Source of the DNA: Candidatus Heimdallarchaeota archaeon
Lineage (GTDB): Archaea; Asgardarchaeota; Heimdallarchaeia; Heimdallarchaeales; Heimdallarchaeaceae
Reading direction: 5' to 3'
Assembly: GCA_030603365.1 (NCBI GenBank)
Contig: JAUVXV010000004.1
Location: forward strand, 1-64,000
DNA: 64,000 nucleotides
Made by a program: the position numbers and the translations under genes. The stretch's first letter is position 1, and each line of letters begins with the position of its first letter. Under the pieces are notes generated by a model. The model saw only the letters and a program-made list of their open reading frames with translations, made no database searches and was not told the origin of the DNA. Of the stretch, positions 28,442-38,731 are shown one piece after another.

Positions 28442-29047
28442 CTAATTTTCTTTGAGCGCAATTAAGATAGCTGATTGTACATTCTTTGAAAATTTTGTAC
28501 CTAAAGGACTTATTTTCTTTTTTGATGTGAAATCTTCATTTACAACCTCAACTGGTACTTTATTGTGAAAAATATCATTTAATCTTCCAACAATTTCATC
28601 TTTGATTTTACCCCCACCTTGTCCAACTTTTATCACTACTCTAGCTGTTTCGATATTGAAGAAGACTGTTATTGCTTCCTTTACAGCATCAACAGCTGTA
28701 TAGAATTCAGCATTTCCTAAAATAATTTTTTTTTCAGCTATCACCACAAAACCGGTTGTTTTTCCTGGATCTACACCAATGGCGATTTCATTAAAATAGT
28801 CCCTTTTTGTAGCTAATAAATAGATATTTGAGAACAAGTAATAACGATTGAAAGCTTTAGGAACAAATATTGTTTTAAAATTGATAATTTTCTTTTCTAT
28901 TTGAGTTGTAATTATAATATCTGTATTAGAAGGAATTGATTCGTTAGGTAAAATGTGATTAATTTTAATTTCTTTTATATCAGATAGAACTTCATTAAGT
29001 TTATACAAAAACCTAAAATTCTTAGTTGCTATAATTACGCTAATCAC
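28442..29047 (-). CDS. RNase H-fold (YqgF-like) domain protein
   Basis: IAIGVDPGKTTG and VVNEDFTS motifs. Confidence 0.7.
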   Translation of the reverse strand: MISVIIATKNFRFLYKLNEVLSDIKEIKINHILPNESIPSNTDIIITTQIEKKIINFKTIFVPKAFNRYYLFSNIYLLATKRDYFNEIAIGVDPGKTTGFVVIAEKKIILGNAEFYTAVDAVKEAITVFFNIETARVVIKVGQGGGKIKDEIVGRLNDIFHNKVPVEVVNEDFTSKKKISPLGTKFSKNVQSAILIALKEN

Positions 29048-29173
29048 AGCTTAAACAAATTGCTCATCTTAATAAAGCTTTATCACTTTATTAATTTGAT
29101 ATAAGTTAAGAAACAGATAGAAAATTATGTATCTCTACAAATAAAGATGATTTAACAAATAAAAAATTAGCAA

Positions 29174-32100
29174 ATGAAAGGAATGGTGGATCAAATAACG
29201 GATAACAACAATCTATCTATCAGCATTCAGTCATATTTTGACATGCTTAACAAACGATTAAAGAAAATCTACAATATTGCATCTAAAGCTAGAAAACAAG
29301 GATTAGATCCGGCTCCAGAAGTAGAGATACCAATTGCAAAAGATATAGCTGATAGAGTAGAGGGATTAATTGGTCCAGAGGGAATTGGAAAGAAAATACG
29401 AGAATATGAAAAGAAAAATTTTTCTAGAGAACAAGTGGCATTTAAGATAGCTGAAGACATTTGCCAAGGAAGATTAATTCAAGGTTCTAAGGAACAATTA
29501 GCAGATCAAGCTCTTCGTAGCTCTCTTGCAGTTATTACAGAAAGTATTACCGCTGCACCAATTGAAGGGATTGCAAAAGTTAAGATTAAACGAAATGATG
29601 ATGGTTCTGAGTATTTAGCTATATATTATGCAGGACCTATACGTTCTGCTGGTGGAACAGCAGCTGGAATGAGTGTACTATTAGCTGATTATATTAGAAA
29701 AAATTTAAAGCTAGCTGAATATCAAGCGGATCAGAGAGAAGTTGAACGCTACTTAGAGGAGCTTGAATTATACAATAGAGTAAGTCATCTTCAACTTCCA
29801 ACTTCGAAAGATGAACAAAGATTTGCAGCACAAAGTCTACCAATAGAGATTACTGGAGAACCAACAGACAAGGTTGAGGTTTCAGGAAATCGTGATCTTA
29901 GAAGAATAGAAACAAACCGTCTCCGTGGGGGTGCATGTCTAGTCTTTAATGATGGTCTTGTTGGTCGTTCAAAAAAGATATATCGAAGGGTTGTGGAAAA
30001 TCGTTTAGAAGGGTGGGATTGGCTTCAAGAACTAATCAATATTCATGATAAAGTAGGACATGCAGTTAATGGTGATAATATACAAGATCATTTTATAGAT
30101 GAAGAGGATTTGGAAGTTCTTTCAGATGAAGGCTATATTAAGGATGTAATAGCAGGTCGTCCTGTTTTTGCACATCCTTCTGAAAGAGGAGGGTTTCGAA
30201 TAAGATATGGGCGATCACGAACAACTGGTTTAGCTGGAATGGGTATTCATCCTGCTTTAATGGGTGTAACAGATGACTTTCTAGCTTGCGGGACTCATGT
30301 CAGAACAGAAAGACCAGGCAAAGGAGCTATTGTGATGCCTGTCGATACTATTCACCCTCCTATTGTGAAACTGAACAATGGTGATGTAATAAAGGTTCAA
30401 ACCTACAAAGAAGCTAAGAACCTTAAAGGGAAAATAAGTGAAATCTTATTTTTAGGAGATATGCTCTATGGTGTAGGAGAATTCAATCAGAATAGTTATG
30501 ATTTAATTCCTGCTGGATATTGTGAAGAATGGTGGTCGCAAGAGTTAGAAGAACAATATATGGACATATCTGCAAAGGATAAAGATCTATTATCTAAAGA
30601 ATTAGAGCGTAGAATTAAACTTTTCATAAAAAACCCTAATTCCAATGTTCCTGCTGCTGATGAAGCCTTGGTTCTATCCAAGGTTTTCGATATCCCCTTA
30701 CATCCAGAATACACTTTTCATTGGTCAAACATAACAATTGATGATTACATTCTTCTTCGAAATTATTTTGTAGAAAAATCCTCCAAGACAACCAACGGAA
30801 TAGAAATACCATTTGATGACAATGTTAAAGATATTCTGGAATGGATATATATTCCTCATAAGGTTAGTGATGGAAAAATAAAACTGGAAGGATATAGCTC
30901 TCCAATGCTAGTTTGTTTAGGTATTCAAAATGGAAAATCTAAACCTATTGATGGTTCACATGAGAAAATTCTTGATTTAATCAATTCGATAAGCGGAATC
31001 AAGATTAGATCCAAATGTCCAGACTATACTGGAGCAAGAATGGGAAGACCAGAAAAAGCTAAGGATAGACGAATGAAACCACCTGTTCATTTACTATTTC
31101 CTATAGAAGATAAAGGTGGAAGACTTCGAGATTTATATAAAGCATCAGAAAATAAATCAATAGCAATTGAATTAGCAAAACGCTATTGTCCTGAATGTGG
31201 TAATTTCATGAATGCCTCTTTATGTGTTTCATGTAACAAAGTCACAGAATTTGCACGAAGATGTAGCTATTGCAAAATTAAGACAGAAAACGAGGAATGC
31301 TCAAAATGTGGGAGAAAGACTGTAACTTACGATAGAACTGAATTTCCAATTGCTAGTAGGGTTAGAAAAGCAAAACAAACCATTGGAGGTTTACTACCAA
31401 AAAACGTCAAAGCTGTAAAAAAGTTAATGAATAAAAATAAGGTTCCAGAACTAATTGAAAAAGGAATTTTGAGAGCTAAACATGGTATTTTCGTATATAG
31501 AGATGGCACCACTAGATTTGACTCAACAGATGCCGTTTTAACACATTTCAAACCTAGTGAAGTAAGCATCAGTATTCAACAGTTACATGAAAATGGATAT
31601 ACTACAGATATTCACGGGAAAACGTTAGAAAATGAAGAACAGATTGTTGAATTAAAAATACAAGATGTCATAATAAATGAAGATGGAGGAATTCATTTAC
31701 TTAAAGTTTCAAATTACATAGATGAGTTGTTAGAAAAAGTATACAAACTTCCTCCATTTTACAAAGCTAAAAAGCCTGAGGATCTAATAGGAAAAATTAT
31801 CCTTGGTTTAGCACCTCACACATCCGCAGGGATTACCGGAAGAATAATAGGTTTTACAAAAGCAAAAGTAAACTTTGCACATCCATATTGGCATGCAGCG
31901 AAACGCAGAAATTGTGATGGTGATGAAGATTCAATCATTCTAGCTTTGGACGCATTTCTGAATTTTTCTAAATTCTATCTCCCAGAAATAAGAGGAGGTA
32001 AGATGGATGCTCCTTTAATCTTGGTAGCAAACTTAAATCCACATGAAGTAGATGACGAATCTCATAATGTTGATACTTGTTCTAAATACCCTCTATCTTT

Positions 32101-32740
32101 CTATGAAGCTACATTAACCCGATCATCACCAAAAGCTGTTCTACCCGTCATAGATATGATAAGTAATCGTTTAGATAATCAGACAGCATATGAAGGCTTT
32201 TACTATACGCATGAAACTTCTGCAATATTTGATGGCCCTGAATCTACTGCGTATAAAAATTTAGAGACAATGAAAGATAAGGTTGATGCACAGCTTCAAG
32301 TTGCACATTTGATAAGATCTGTCGATGTTAATGATGTTGCAACACGCATTATTGTTAACCATTTTATCCCTGATCTAATAGGTAACATGAGAAGATTTGG
32401 TTCACAGAAATTCAGATGTACAAAATGTAACAAAATATACAGAAGAATACCTTTGAATGAAGTTTGCCCAAATTGTAAAATGCCTAATTTGAATTTAACA
32501 GTTCATGAAAAGTCTGTTACTAAATATCTTCAAATGGTTGAAAGTTTAATTAGTAAATATGAGCTTTCTGAATATTTGAAAAATCGATTAGCACTAATAA
32601 AACACAATATAGAAACTTTGTTTGAGGGAGGAACCATTGCTACTACCAAAGGAACCACTAGTAAAAAAGTTGAAGGTATAGTTAAGTTATCAGACTACTT
32701 TGTGAAAGCTAATGCAAACAGCAACAAGAACTCAAAATAA
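29174..32740 (+). CDS. polC: DNA polymerase II (PolD) large subunit DP2
   Basis: GPIRSAGGT, RRNCDGDED, zinc fingers. Confidence 0.98.
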   Translation: MKGMVDQITDNNNLSISIQSYFDMLNKRLKKIYNIASKARKQGLDPAPEVEIPIAKDIADRVEGLIGPEGIGKKIREYEKKNFSREQVAFKIAEDICQGRLIQGSKEQLADQALRSSLAVITESITAAPIEGIAKVKIKRNDDGSEYLAIYYAGPIRSAGGTAAGMSVLLADYIRKNLKLAEYQADQREVERYLEELELYNRVSHLQLPTSKDEQRFAAQSLPIEITGEPTDKVEVSGNRDLRRIETNRLRGGACLVFNDGLVGRSKKIYRRVVENRLEGWDWLQELINIHDKVGHAVNGDNIQDHFIDEEDLEVLSDEGYIKDVIAGRPVFAHPSERGGFRIRYGRSRTTGLAGMGIHPALMGVTDDFLACGTHVRTERPGKGAIVMPVDTIHPPIVKLNNGDVIKVQTYKEAKNLKGKISEILFLGDMLYGVGEFNQNSYDLIPAGYCEEWWSQELEEQYMDISAKDKDLLSKELERRIKLFIKNPNSNVPAADEALVLSKVFDIPLHPEYTFHWSNITIDDYILLRNYFVEKSSKTTNGIEIPFDDNVKDILEWIYIPHKVSDGKIKLEGYSSPMLVCLGIQNGKSKPIDGSHEKILDLINSISGIKIRSKCPDYTGARMGRPEKAKDRRMKPPVHLLFPIEDKGGRLRDLYKASENKSIAIELAKRYCPECGNFMNASLCVSCNKVTEFARRCSYCKIKTENEECSKCGRKTVTYDRTEFPIASRVRKAKQTIGGLLPKNVKAVKKLMNKNKVPELIEKGILRAKHGIFVYRDGTTRFDSTDAVLTHFKPSEVSISIQQLHENGYTTDIHGKTLENEEQIVELKIQDVIINEDGGIHLLKVSNYIDELLEKVYKLPPFYKAKKPEDLIGKIILGLAPHTSAGITGRIIGFTKAKVNFAHPYWHAAKRRNCDGDEDSIILALDAFLNFSKFYLPEIRGGKMDAPLILVANLNPHEVDDESHNVDTCSKYPLSFYEATLTRSSPKAVLPVIDMISNRLDNQTAYEGFYYTHETSAIFDGPESTAYKNLETMKDKVDAQLQVAHLIRSVDVNDVATRIIVNHFIPDLIGNMRRFGSQKFRCTKCNKIYRRIPLNEVCPNCKMPNLNLTVHEKSVTKYLQMVESLISKYELSEYLKNRLALIKHNIETLFEGGTIATTKGTTSKKVEGIVKLSDYFVKANANSNKNSK

Positions 32741-32812
32741 TTAATTTCAACTATAACTTTCAACATACGAATAACTTTTTATTTATCTGAACATCTCTAA
32801 ATCTGAAAGATA

Positions 32813-33547
32813 ATGGCTGATTTGAAGGAACAAGAAAAATCTCTCAAAATGAAAACATTAACCGAATTAACAGGCAAGGCAAAATATTCCTATGCGATGT
32901 TATCTTTTGTTTTTGTAGTTACTCTAACTCTTATTCTATATCTGGTTCCTGATTATTATTTTCTAGAGAAAATGACGAAGGAAACTGTTTATCAGATATT
33001 GGAAATATATCAATTTCCCATCGAAGATGGTGGTTATTATTTAGAATTTGATACAGATAAAACATTCTTTGTAATTTTTACAAGGGTTTTTTCTAGCCTC
33101 GATGGTCATGGTGGGGAAACACCGGTTATAAGATCAACAGATTTAGCTGCATATAGGCAATTTGCTGTAGTACGAGCTTGTACAGGGATGCAAGCAGGTG
33201 CATTATTATTGGCTTTAATTATTGTTACTCCTGCAGATTCGAAAAAGAAAATAAAAGCAACTATTTACTCTCTTATAGCTTTAATTATTGGGAACTTTCT
33301 TAGAATTGCTCTAGTTATAGGTATGACTATTACAATTCAAGCTTCTTATGGGGCAGATAGTGCTGCTGCTTGGTTTTGGGCACATGATGTGCTAGGCAAA
33401 CCCATTGGTTTCTTTGGAACAATATTCTTTGCTATTATTATTGAAAGACAAGGTGTTCCTATCTTAAACACCGTTAGTTTATGGATTGATTCATTTATCG
33501 ATTTACTGAAAATGATTACTGATAAAATCAAGAAATTAGCTAGATAA
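32813..33547 (+). CDS. Archaeosortase/exosortase-family membrane transpeptidase
   Basis: Multi-TM with ACTG Cys, NFLRI Arg and WAHD His catalytic triad. Confidence 0.85.
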   Translation: MADLKEQEKSLKMKTLTELTGKAKYSYAMLSFVFVVTLTLILYLVPDYYFLEKMTKETVYQILEIYQFPIEDGGYYLEFDTDKTFFVIFTRVFSSLDGHGGETPVIRSTDLAAYRQFAVVRACTGMQAGALLLALIIVTPADSKKKIKATIYSLIALIIGNFLRIALVIGMTITIQASYGADSAAAWFWAHDVLGKPIGFFGTIFFAIIIERQGVPILNTVSLWIDSFIDLLKMITDKIKKLAR

Positions 33548-33690
33548 TTACTTCTACAATATTCTAACTTAACTGTATTTTCGTTTTTTTATCTTCTTTA
33601 AACCAATTTAGCTAGACTGGTAACTTTCGATAACTTTTATTAAACGTAGTAATATATATTATCTCGAATATAATTTGAGTGTGAAGCTTA

Positions 33691-34632
33691 ATGAGATACT
33701 TAGAAGTCCATGAGGACGGTTCTTTAGTAGAAATGACGGAGTTAGAGCTTGGTTCAGAGAAAGTCATAATCATAGTTGATGAGATGGAGAAAAAAATGTG
33801 GTTATGGAAGGGGTCTAGCTGTCCAATTAGGAAAAAATTCATTGGTAGTCGTGCTTTGTCTGATTTAAGGAAAAAAGAATATGGTTTTGCTTATGTTCCT
33901 CAATCATGCGATCAAGATGATGAAACTGCAGAATTTGTTACAATGTTACAGAAAGTAGATAAAACCGGTCTGATTTCAGAGGGTGTTATGAAAAGAGCTC
34001 AAGAGATTATTGATAGACAAAGTAGAATTAATGTTTTTGAGGAATCCCAGGAAAGTGTTCCCTCTTTCCCAACTCCAACCGAAACCTCCTTACCAGATGA
34101 AGATGTGACGTTAAAAGATCGTCCTGCTCAAGTTCCATCATCTGAATTGCCTTCTCATGTAGCAAAAATGGGTGCTCCTGGTAATAGACCTATGCCAACA
34201 ATTCTGTCAGCTTTGGAATCGGAGTCCATTGAGATAAAGAAGGCTGAAGATGTACTGGCACCAAAAGATGAAGCAGTTTCTTCTCAGCCAGTTGTTGAAA
34301 CAGCACCTGTTAAGAAAGATAGCATTCTCGAACAGTCCTTTAAAGTATTGAGAGATTTAGGTGCTCCAAAAGGTTTCTACAGGGATCTAGTAATTATAGG
34401 CAATAAAGTTTATACAGAAACATATACTGGCGGATTTGAAGAACTAGATGAACCTCCTGAAGGTATTTTCTTCTCCAGTTCTCATGTACCAAGAATGATT
34501 TGTGAAAATGGTTTAGTGAGAGCCATAGAATTTCTAAAACCTGAAGAAGGAGCTGAATTGAGCGAAGAAGATGAAGCAATAGCTCAAGATATTGAAGATT
34601 TACTTGGAATGTTTGAAATTGAAGTAGGGTAA
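33691..34632 (+). CDS. Gelsolin-domain protein (Asgard type) with low-complexity linker and acidic C-terminal domain
   Basis: VIIIVD..MWLWKGSSCPIRKKF gelsolin-like core; Pro/Ser/Glu-rich linker. Confidence 0.7.
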   Translation: MRYLEVHEDGSLVEMTELELGSEKVIIIVDEMEKKMWLWKGSSCPIRKKFIGSRALSDLRKKEYGFAYVPQSCDQDDETAEFVTMLQKVDKTGLISEGVMKRAQEIIDRQSRINVFEESQESVPSFPTPTETSLPDEDVTLKDRPAQVPSSELPSHVAKMGAPGNRPMPTILSALESESIEIKKAEDVLAPKDEAVSSQPVVETAPVKKDSILEQSFKVLRDLGAPKGFYRDLVIIGNKVYTETYTGGFEELDEPPEGIFFSSSHVPRMICENGLVRAIEFLKPEEGAELSEEDEAIAQDIEDLLGMFEIEVG

Positions 34633-34661
34633 GATAACCCTTCAATTTATCTATTTTTTTA

Positions 34662-34952
34662 GTGATAACAATGAATCAATTTACGCTGACTATCATTCTT
34701 CATCCATCTATACCATCTAGTAATCGTATCTTAACAGGAAAAATAGACGGTGAAACTCGAATCTTGGATGGATTAATCTCTATTCTTACAACTGATAAGG
34801 AAGCAGCTAATTTGCTTATTATTGAGAATGATATTAGACCGGGTTATCTCCTATTATCTAATAAAATAGAACTCAAAACTACAGGGTTTTTCAATGAAAA
34901 AATTAAAACTGATTTAGAAGTAAGAATAATACCCATTTCACACGGAGGATAG
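34662..34952 (+). CDS. Ubiquitin-like Urm1/SAMP protein
   Basis: IRPGYLLLSN and C-terminal ISHGG. Confidence 0.8.
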   Translation: MITMNQFTLTIILHPSIPSSNRILTGKIDGETRILDGLISILTTDKEAANLLIIENDIRPGYLLLSNKIELKTTGFFNEKIKTDLEVRIIPISHGG

Positions 34953-35053
34953 TTTTTAGGATACTAGAGAAGAGAGAAGTATAATCTCTTGTAACTCCAT
35001 TAGATATATTTTTAATCACATTAATCTCTTTACATGTTGCTTGATTGACTAAT

Positions 35054-35139
35054 GCCAGGATAGCCAAGCGGACAACGGCGCTGGTCTTGAAAATCAGTTC
35101 CTTATAGGATCCGGGGTTCAAATCCCCGTCCTGGCTCCA
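35054..35139 (+). tRNA. tRNA-Ser(UGA), long variable arm, encoded CCA, U73 discriminator
   Basis: GCCAGGA/TCCTGGC acceptor, CTGGT-CTTGAAA-ATCAG anticodon arm, GTTCAAATC T-loop. Confidence 0.93.
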
Positions 35140-35153
35140 TCTCCCTAGTTCAT

Positions 35154-37277
35154 TTGAAAACGAAATTTAACTGTAATGGTGTTAATTATTTGTCGACAAT
35201 AGAAGCTCCATATATCTTAGGAATTGCTGAGAAACCACAGGCAGCTAGAAGATTAGCCTATGCTCTAGATGAAAATAACAAACCTATAACCAAGAAACTA
35301 AGAAACATTTCGATTTTTATTTGTAATAGGGAAGGTAATAAAATCATTATAGCTCCTGCAGTAGGGCATTTATTTACTCTTTCTTCGATAGGTAAAACTT
35401 GGAACTATCCTGTATTAGATTATGAATGGGTACCAAGTTATACTGTAGATAAGAAAGCCAGAACAAAGAATTTCATTGATGCTTTCAAATCTCTTGCAAA
35501 AGGAGCTAAAAATGTCATCATTATGACCGATTTCGATAGAGAAGGTGAAGTAATAGGTTATTTAATATTGAAATATCTGATTGGAAGAAATGATGCAGAA
35601 AGAATGAAGTTTTCTACCTTGACTGTACATGATATATTACAAGCATTTAACCAAAGGGAAAAATCTCTTGATTTAGGCTTCCTAAATTCTGGGCTGATAC
35701 GCCATTATGTTGATTGGTTGTATGGAATAAATTACTCTAGAGCTTTAAGTTTAGCATTGAAAAAAGTTTCTGGCCAATTCAAAACTATTTCAATTGGCCG
35801 TGTTCAAGGTCCTACATTAGGTTCTGTTGTGGAATTAGAAAATAAAATAAAGATGTTTCTTCCAATTCCTTTCTGGAAAATTGAAAGTGAAGTAATTATA
35901 GATAATAAGAAGTTTAAAGCATTCTATGAAAAATCTGAGATCGAAACTCAGAAAGAAGCTGTACAAATTGTTAAGGATTGTAGTAGTTTACTTGGTAAAA
36001 TAACAGATATTTCTGAGGAGATGTCCTATCAGTATCCTTTCCCTCCTTTTGATCTAGGATCACTGCAGAGAGAAGCATATAGATACTTTAAACTATCTCC
36101 TAGTAAAACTCTAGAATTTGCAGAAAATCTTTACTTAAAAGCTCTTATTTCATATCCAAGAACTGACAGTCAGAAATTACCAATGACTCTCGGTCATAAA
36201 TCCATACTTGGGAAACTGACTAAACAAAGCGATTATAGTGTTTTCGCAAATGAAATAATTTCTAGAAAGAAATTCAAACCAAAAGAAGGTAAACGTACAG
36301 ATGCAGCTCATCCCGCAATACATCCAACAGGGAATGTTCCTGATAATTCACTTTCTTCCTCTGAAAGAAAAATCTATGACTTGGTAGTTAAACGCTATCT
36401 TTCTGTTTTTGGTAAAAATGCTGAGATTCTTAAGAGACGAATTGAAATTCTTATAAATAATCATAAGTTTGAGGTTCGAGGTAGTAAAATTATTGATGAA
36501 GGTTGGATAAAATATTATAAACCATATTTTTCGCTTTCTGAGAAAATTATACCAGATGTTCTATTGAATTCTGATATCAAATTTACATACATCGATTCAA
36601 AGGAACGATTTACATCTCCTCCAGCAAGATATAATGAATCATCTCTTTTAAAAAATATGGAAACAGAGAAAATAGGAACAAAAGCTACTAGAGCTGGAAT
36701 TATAAAAACACTATTTGATCGAGGATATATTGCAGGCAAGGAAATTTGTCCTACACCACTAGGAATAGGAGTTGTAGATGTTCTACAGAATCAATATCCG
36801 GTTCTTGTGAAATCAGAAATGACAAGAAACTTAGAAGACATAATGGAAGATGTTCAACAAAAGAAAAGAAGTATTGATTCTACAATATTTTCCATAAAGA
36901 ATGAATTGAAGGATTTATTAATATTATTTCATAATAAGGAAGAGGAAATTGGTCAATCTTTATACGAAAACCTACAATTATCAGAAAAATCTGAACTTAC
37001 AATTTTAGGTAAATGTCAAAAATGCAAGAAGGGTGATTTAAGAATTATAAAGTCTAGAAAAACAGGAAAACGTTTTATCTCTTGTTCAGCATATTTTGAT
37101 AAAAGCGTTAAATGCACTACTACATATCCTTTACCAGGTACTGGAAATATTAAACCTACTTCAAAGAAGTGTCCTCACGATGGTTTACCAATTATAGAGT
37201 GGCAAAGAGGTAGAAGAAAATACCAAATGTGCATTTCGCCAGAATGTCCATCAAAGAAAGAAGGTGAAAAAAATTAA
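35154..37277 (+). CDS. topA: Type IA DNA topoisomerase
   Basis: AEKP, DFDREGE, SIGRVQGP, ISYPRTDS, C-terminal Zn ribbon. Confidence 0.96.
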   Translation: MKTKFNCNGVNYLSTIEAPYILGIAEKPQAARRLAYALDENNKPITKKLRNISIFICNREGNKIIIAPAVGHLFTLSSIGKTWNYPVLDYEWVPSYTVDKKARTKNFIDAFKSLAKGAKNVIIMTDFDREGEVIGYLILKYLIGRNDAERMKFSTLTVHDILQAFNQREKSLDLGFLNSGLIRHYVDWLYGINYSRALSLALKKVSGQFKTISIGRVQGPTLGSVVELENKIKMFLPIPFWKIESEVIIDNKKFKAFYEKSEIETQKEAVQIVKDCSSLLGKITDISEEMSYQYPFPPFDLGSLQREAYRYFKLSPSKTLEFAENLYLKALISYPRTDSQKLPMTLGHKSILGKLTKQSDYSVFANEIISRKKFKPKEGKRTDAAHPAIHPTGNVPDNSLSSSERKIYDLVVKRYLSVFGKNAEILKRRIEILINNHKFEVRGSKIIDEGWIKYYKPYFSLSEKIIPDVLLNSDIKFTYIDSKERFTSPPARYNESSLLKNMETEKIGTKATRAGIIKTLFDRGYIAGKEICPTPLGIGVVDVLQNQYPVLVKSEMTRNLEDIMEDVQQKKRSIDSTIFSIKNELKDLLILFHNKEEEIGQSLYENLQLSEKSELTILGKCQKCKKGDLRIIKSRKTGKRFISCSAYFDKSVKCTTTYPLPGTGNIKPTSKKCPHDGLPIIEWQRGRRKYQMCISPECPSKKEGEKN

Positions 37278-37515
37278 TTCTAAAACAACTCCTTCTAAAT
37301 GTCCAATCTGTAGAAAAAACAAAGAGAATTCTCAAACCAAATATTGTAAAAATCACAATACTGCTAAGAAAATGATAAAGCAAGGGTATGAATTGTGGTT
37401 AAAAGCGTACGGATTAATTTCTTGGGATGAATTTCTTAAGAGATTGATGGATTTGGAAGGTTTAATCGGTGATTATATTAAAGAAATAGTTGAATATGAG
37501 TTCTATTTTCAATAA
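37264..37515 (+). CDS. Small Cys/His zinc-binding hypothetical protein overlapping the topA end
   Basis: CPIC..YCKNH. Confidence 0.65.
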   Translation: MKKINSKTTPSKCPICRKNKENSQTKYCKNHNTAKKMIKQGYELWLKAYGLISWDEFLKRLMDLEGLIGDYIKEIVEYEFYFQ

Positions 37516-37561
37516 CATCATTCCTAATTTTTATTTTACACTCCCCTTTAAGAAAATAATG

Positions 37562-37801
37562 TCAAGAAAACAATGCTGTATGAATCTGTTCTTTTTCTGG
37601 TAACCCCTCGATTTTTGTTTGACCAACTAAAATTGTTGGAATAGAAGAAATTTTCAATTCTTTTTTAGTACTAACTTTTATACTCTTATAATTAAAAAGC
37701 CCATTATATTCATCTAGAACGTTCTTTAATATTTTTTCTGCTATGTTGCAGTAAGGGCAATCTTCAGCTGTATATAGCACAATTTGCTTCATTTCATACA
37801 T
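37562..37801 (-). CDS. Glutaredoxin/thioredoxin-like protein
   Basis: CPYC and SIPTI. Confidence 0.85.
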   Translation of the reverse strand: MYEMKQIVLYTAEDCPYCNIAEKILKNVLDEYNGLFNYKSIKVSTKKELKISSIPTILVGQTKIEGLPEKEQIHTALFS

Positions 37802-37905
37802 ATTCTCTGCTAAAGTATTAAAAGAGCAACAAAAATTTTCGGACTAGCGTAGATGATATTGTAATATTACATCTATAAAATGCCATAAAAAACCAAGTAA
37901 AGAAA

Positions 37906-38199
37906 TTAAATTAAATTACAACTACAAGGATTATTATTACATTTTGGGCATGAGTCAGCATATTTTTTGAAAAAAACTTTTTCTATATCAATCTCAAGAA
38001 GATTTGCAATACTCGCAGTCCAAGCTATAACATCAGTAATTTCTTCTGAAATTTTGTCAATATCCTCCAAAAGAACAGCTTCTGATAGTTCTCCTATTTC
38101 CTCAACAAGTTTCAATAACGTTTTCTCTTTCCCTCTTTCTTTATCCTTATCATAAAATAGATCCTTCATTAGTCTCTGAATTTTGTGAATAAATCTCAC
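37906..38199 (-). CDS. MazG-like nucleotide pyrophosphohydrolase
   Basis: LVEEIGEL, EEITDV, C-terminal CPKC..PCSC. Confidence 0.88.
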   Translation of the reverse strand: MRFIHKIQRLMKDLFYDKDKERGKEKTLLKLVEEIGELSEAVLLEDIDKISEEITDVIAWTASIANLLEIDIEKVFFKKYADSCPKCNNNPCSCNLI

Positions 38200-38229
38200 C
38201 TCATTGTTTGGTAGAAAAATACTTGCTTA

Positions 38230-38418
38230 CTAGTAAAAAATATTACCTATAATAACTACAATAATTAGGATTATACTAGCGCCAATAACATACCAAGGAC
38301 CAAGTTTTACACCTGGTAGATCTTCGTCATAATATCTCATTAACCCTGCGCCTGTGGCGGGCATTGGACTAGTATCACGCTTTTGTTGCTTTTTTCTTTG
38401 AGAACCTCTTCTACTCAT
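38230..38418 (-). CDS. secG: Preprotein translocase subunit Sec61beta (start revised to MSRRGS)
   Basis: PATGAGLMRYYDE..KLGP plus single C-terminal TM. Confidence 0.9.
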   Translation of the reverse strand: MSRRGSQRKKQQKRDTSPMPATGAGLMRYYDEDLPGVKLGPWYVIGASIILIIVVIIGNIFY

Positions 38419-38576
38419 TATGCTCAAGTGCTTCTTAAAATAGAGATATATATTATTTTTTATCAATTACATTTAATTAATGAACCAAAATGAGAATGTT
38501 CTTTTAACATACTAAATGAAACCCACCATCAAAAAATTTAAGATATGATTAAATTCAATGAACCATAACATTCATC

Positions 38577-38675
38577 GACCCCGTAGCTCAGCTGGATAGA
38601 GCACCAGCCTTCTAAGTTAAACGGATTAACGAAGATAGTTGGGGGTCGCGCGTTCGAATCGCGTCGGGGTCGCCA
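38577..38675 (+). tRNA. tRNA-Arg(UCU) with 22-nt intron (38615-38636) at canonical position 37/38; encoded CCA
   Basis: GACCCCG/CGGGGTC acceptor; strict BHB with CTTC/GAAG helix, TAA and ATA bulges, GTTAA/TTAAC intron stem. Confidence 0.95.
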
Positions 38676-38731
38676 AGTTTGTCTTCCAAATAAGAAATAC
38701 AATTCTTTATAAAAAACAACGTTGCTTTGTC

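Noticed and set aside
31890-31935. Intein in PolD DP2
   Set aside because: RRNCDGDED is uninterrupted and the protein length is normal.
38639-38731. N-terminal extension of DP1 in the ORF track
   Set aside because: Overlaps tRNA-Arg; ATG at 38732 is the plausible start.
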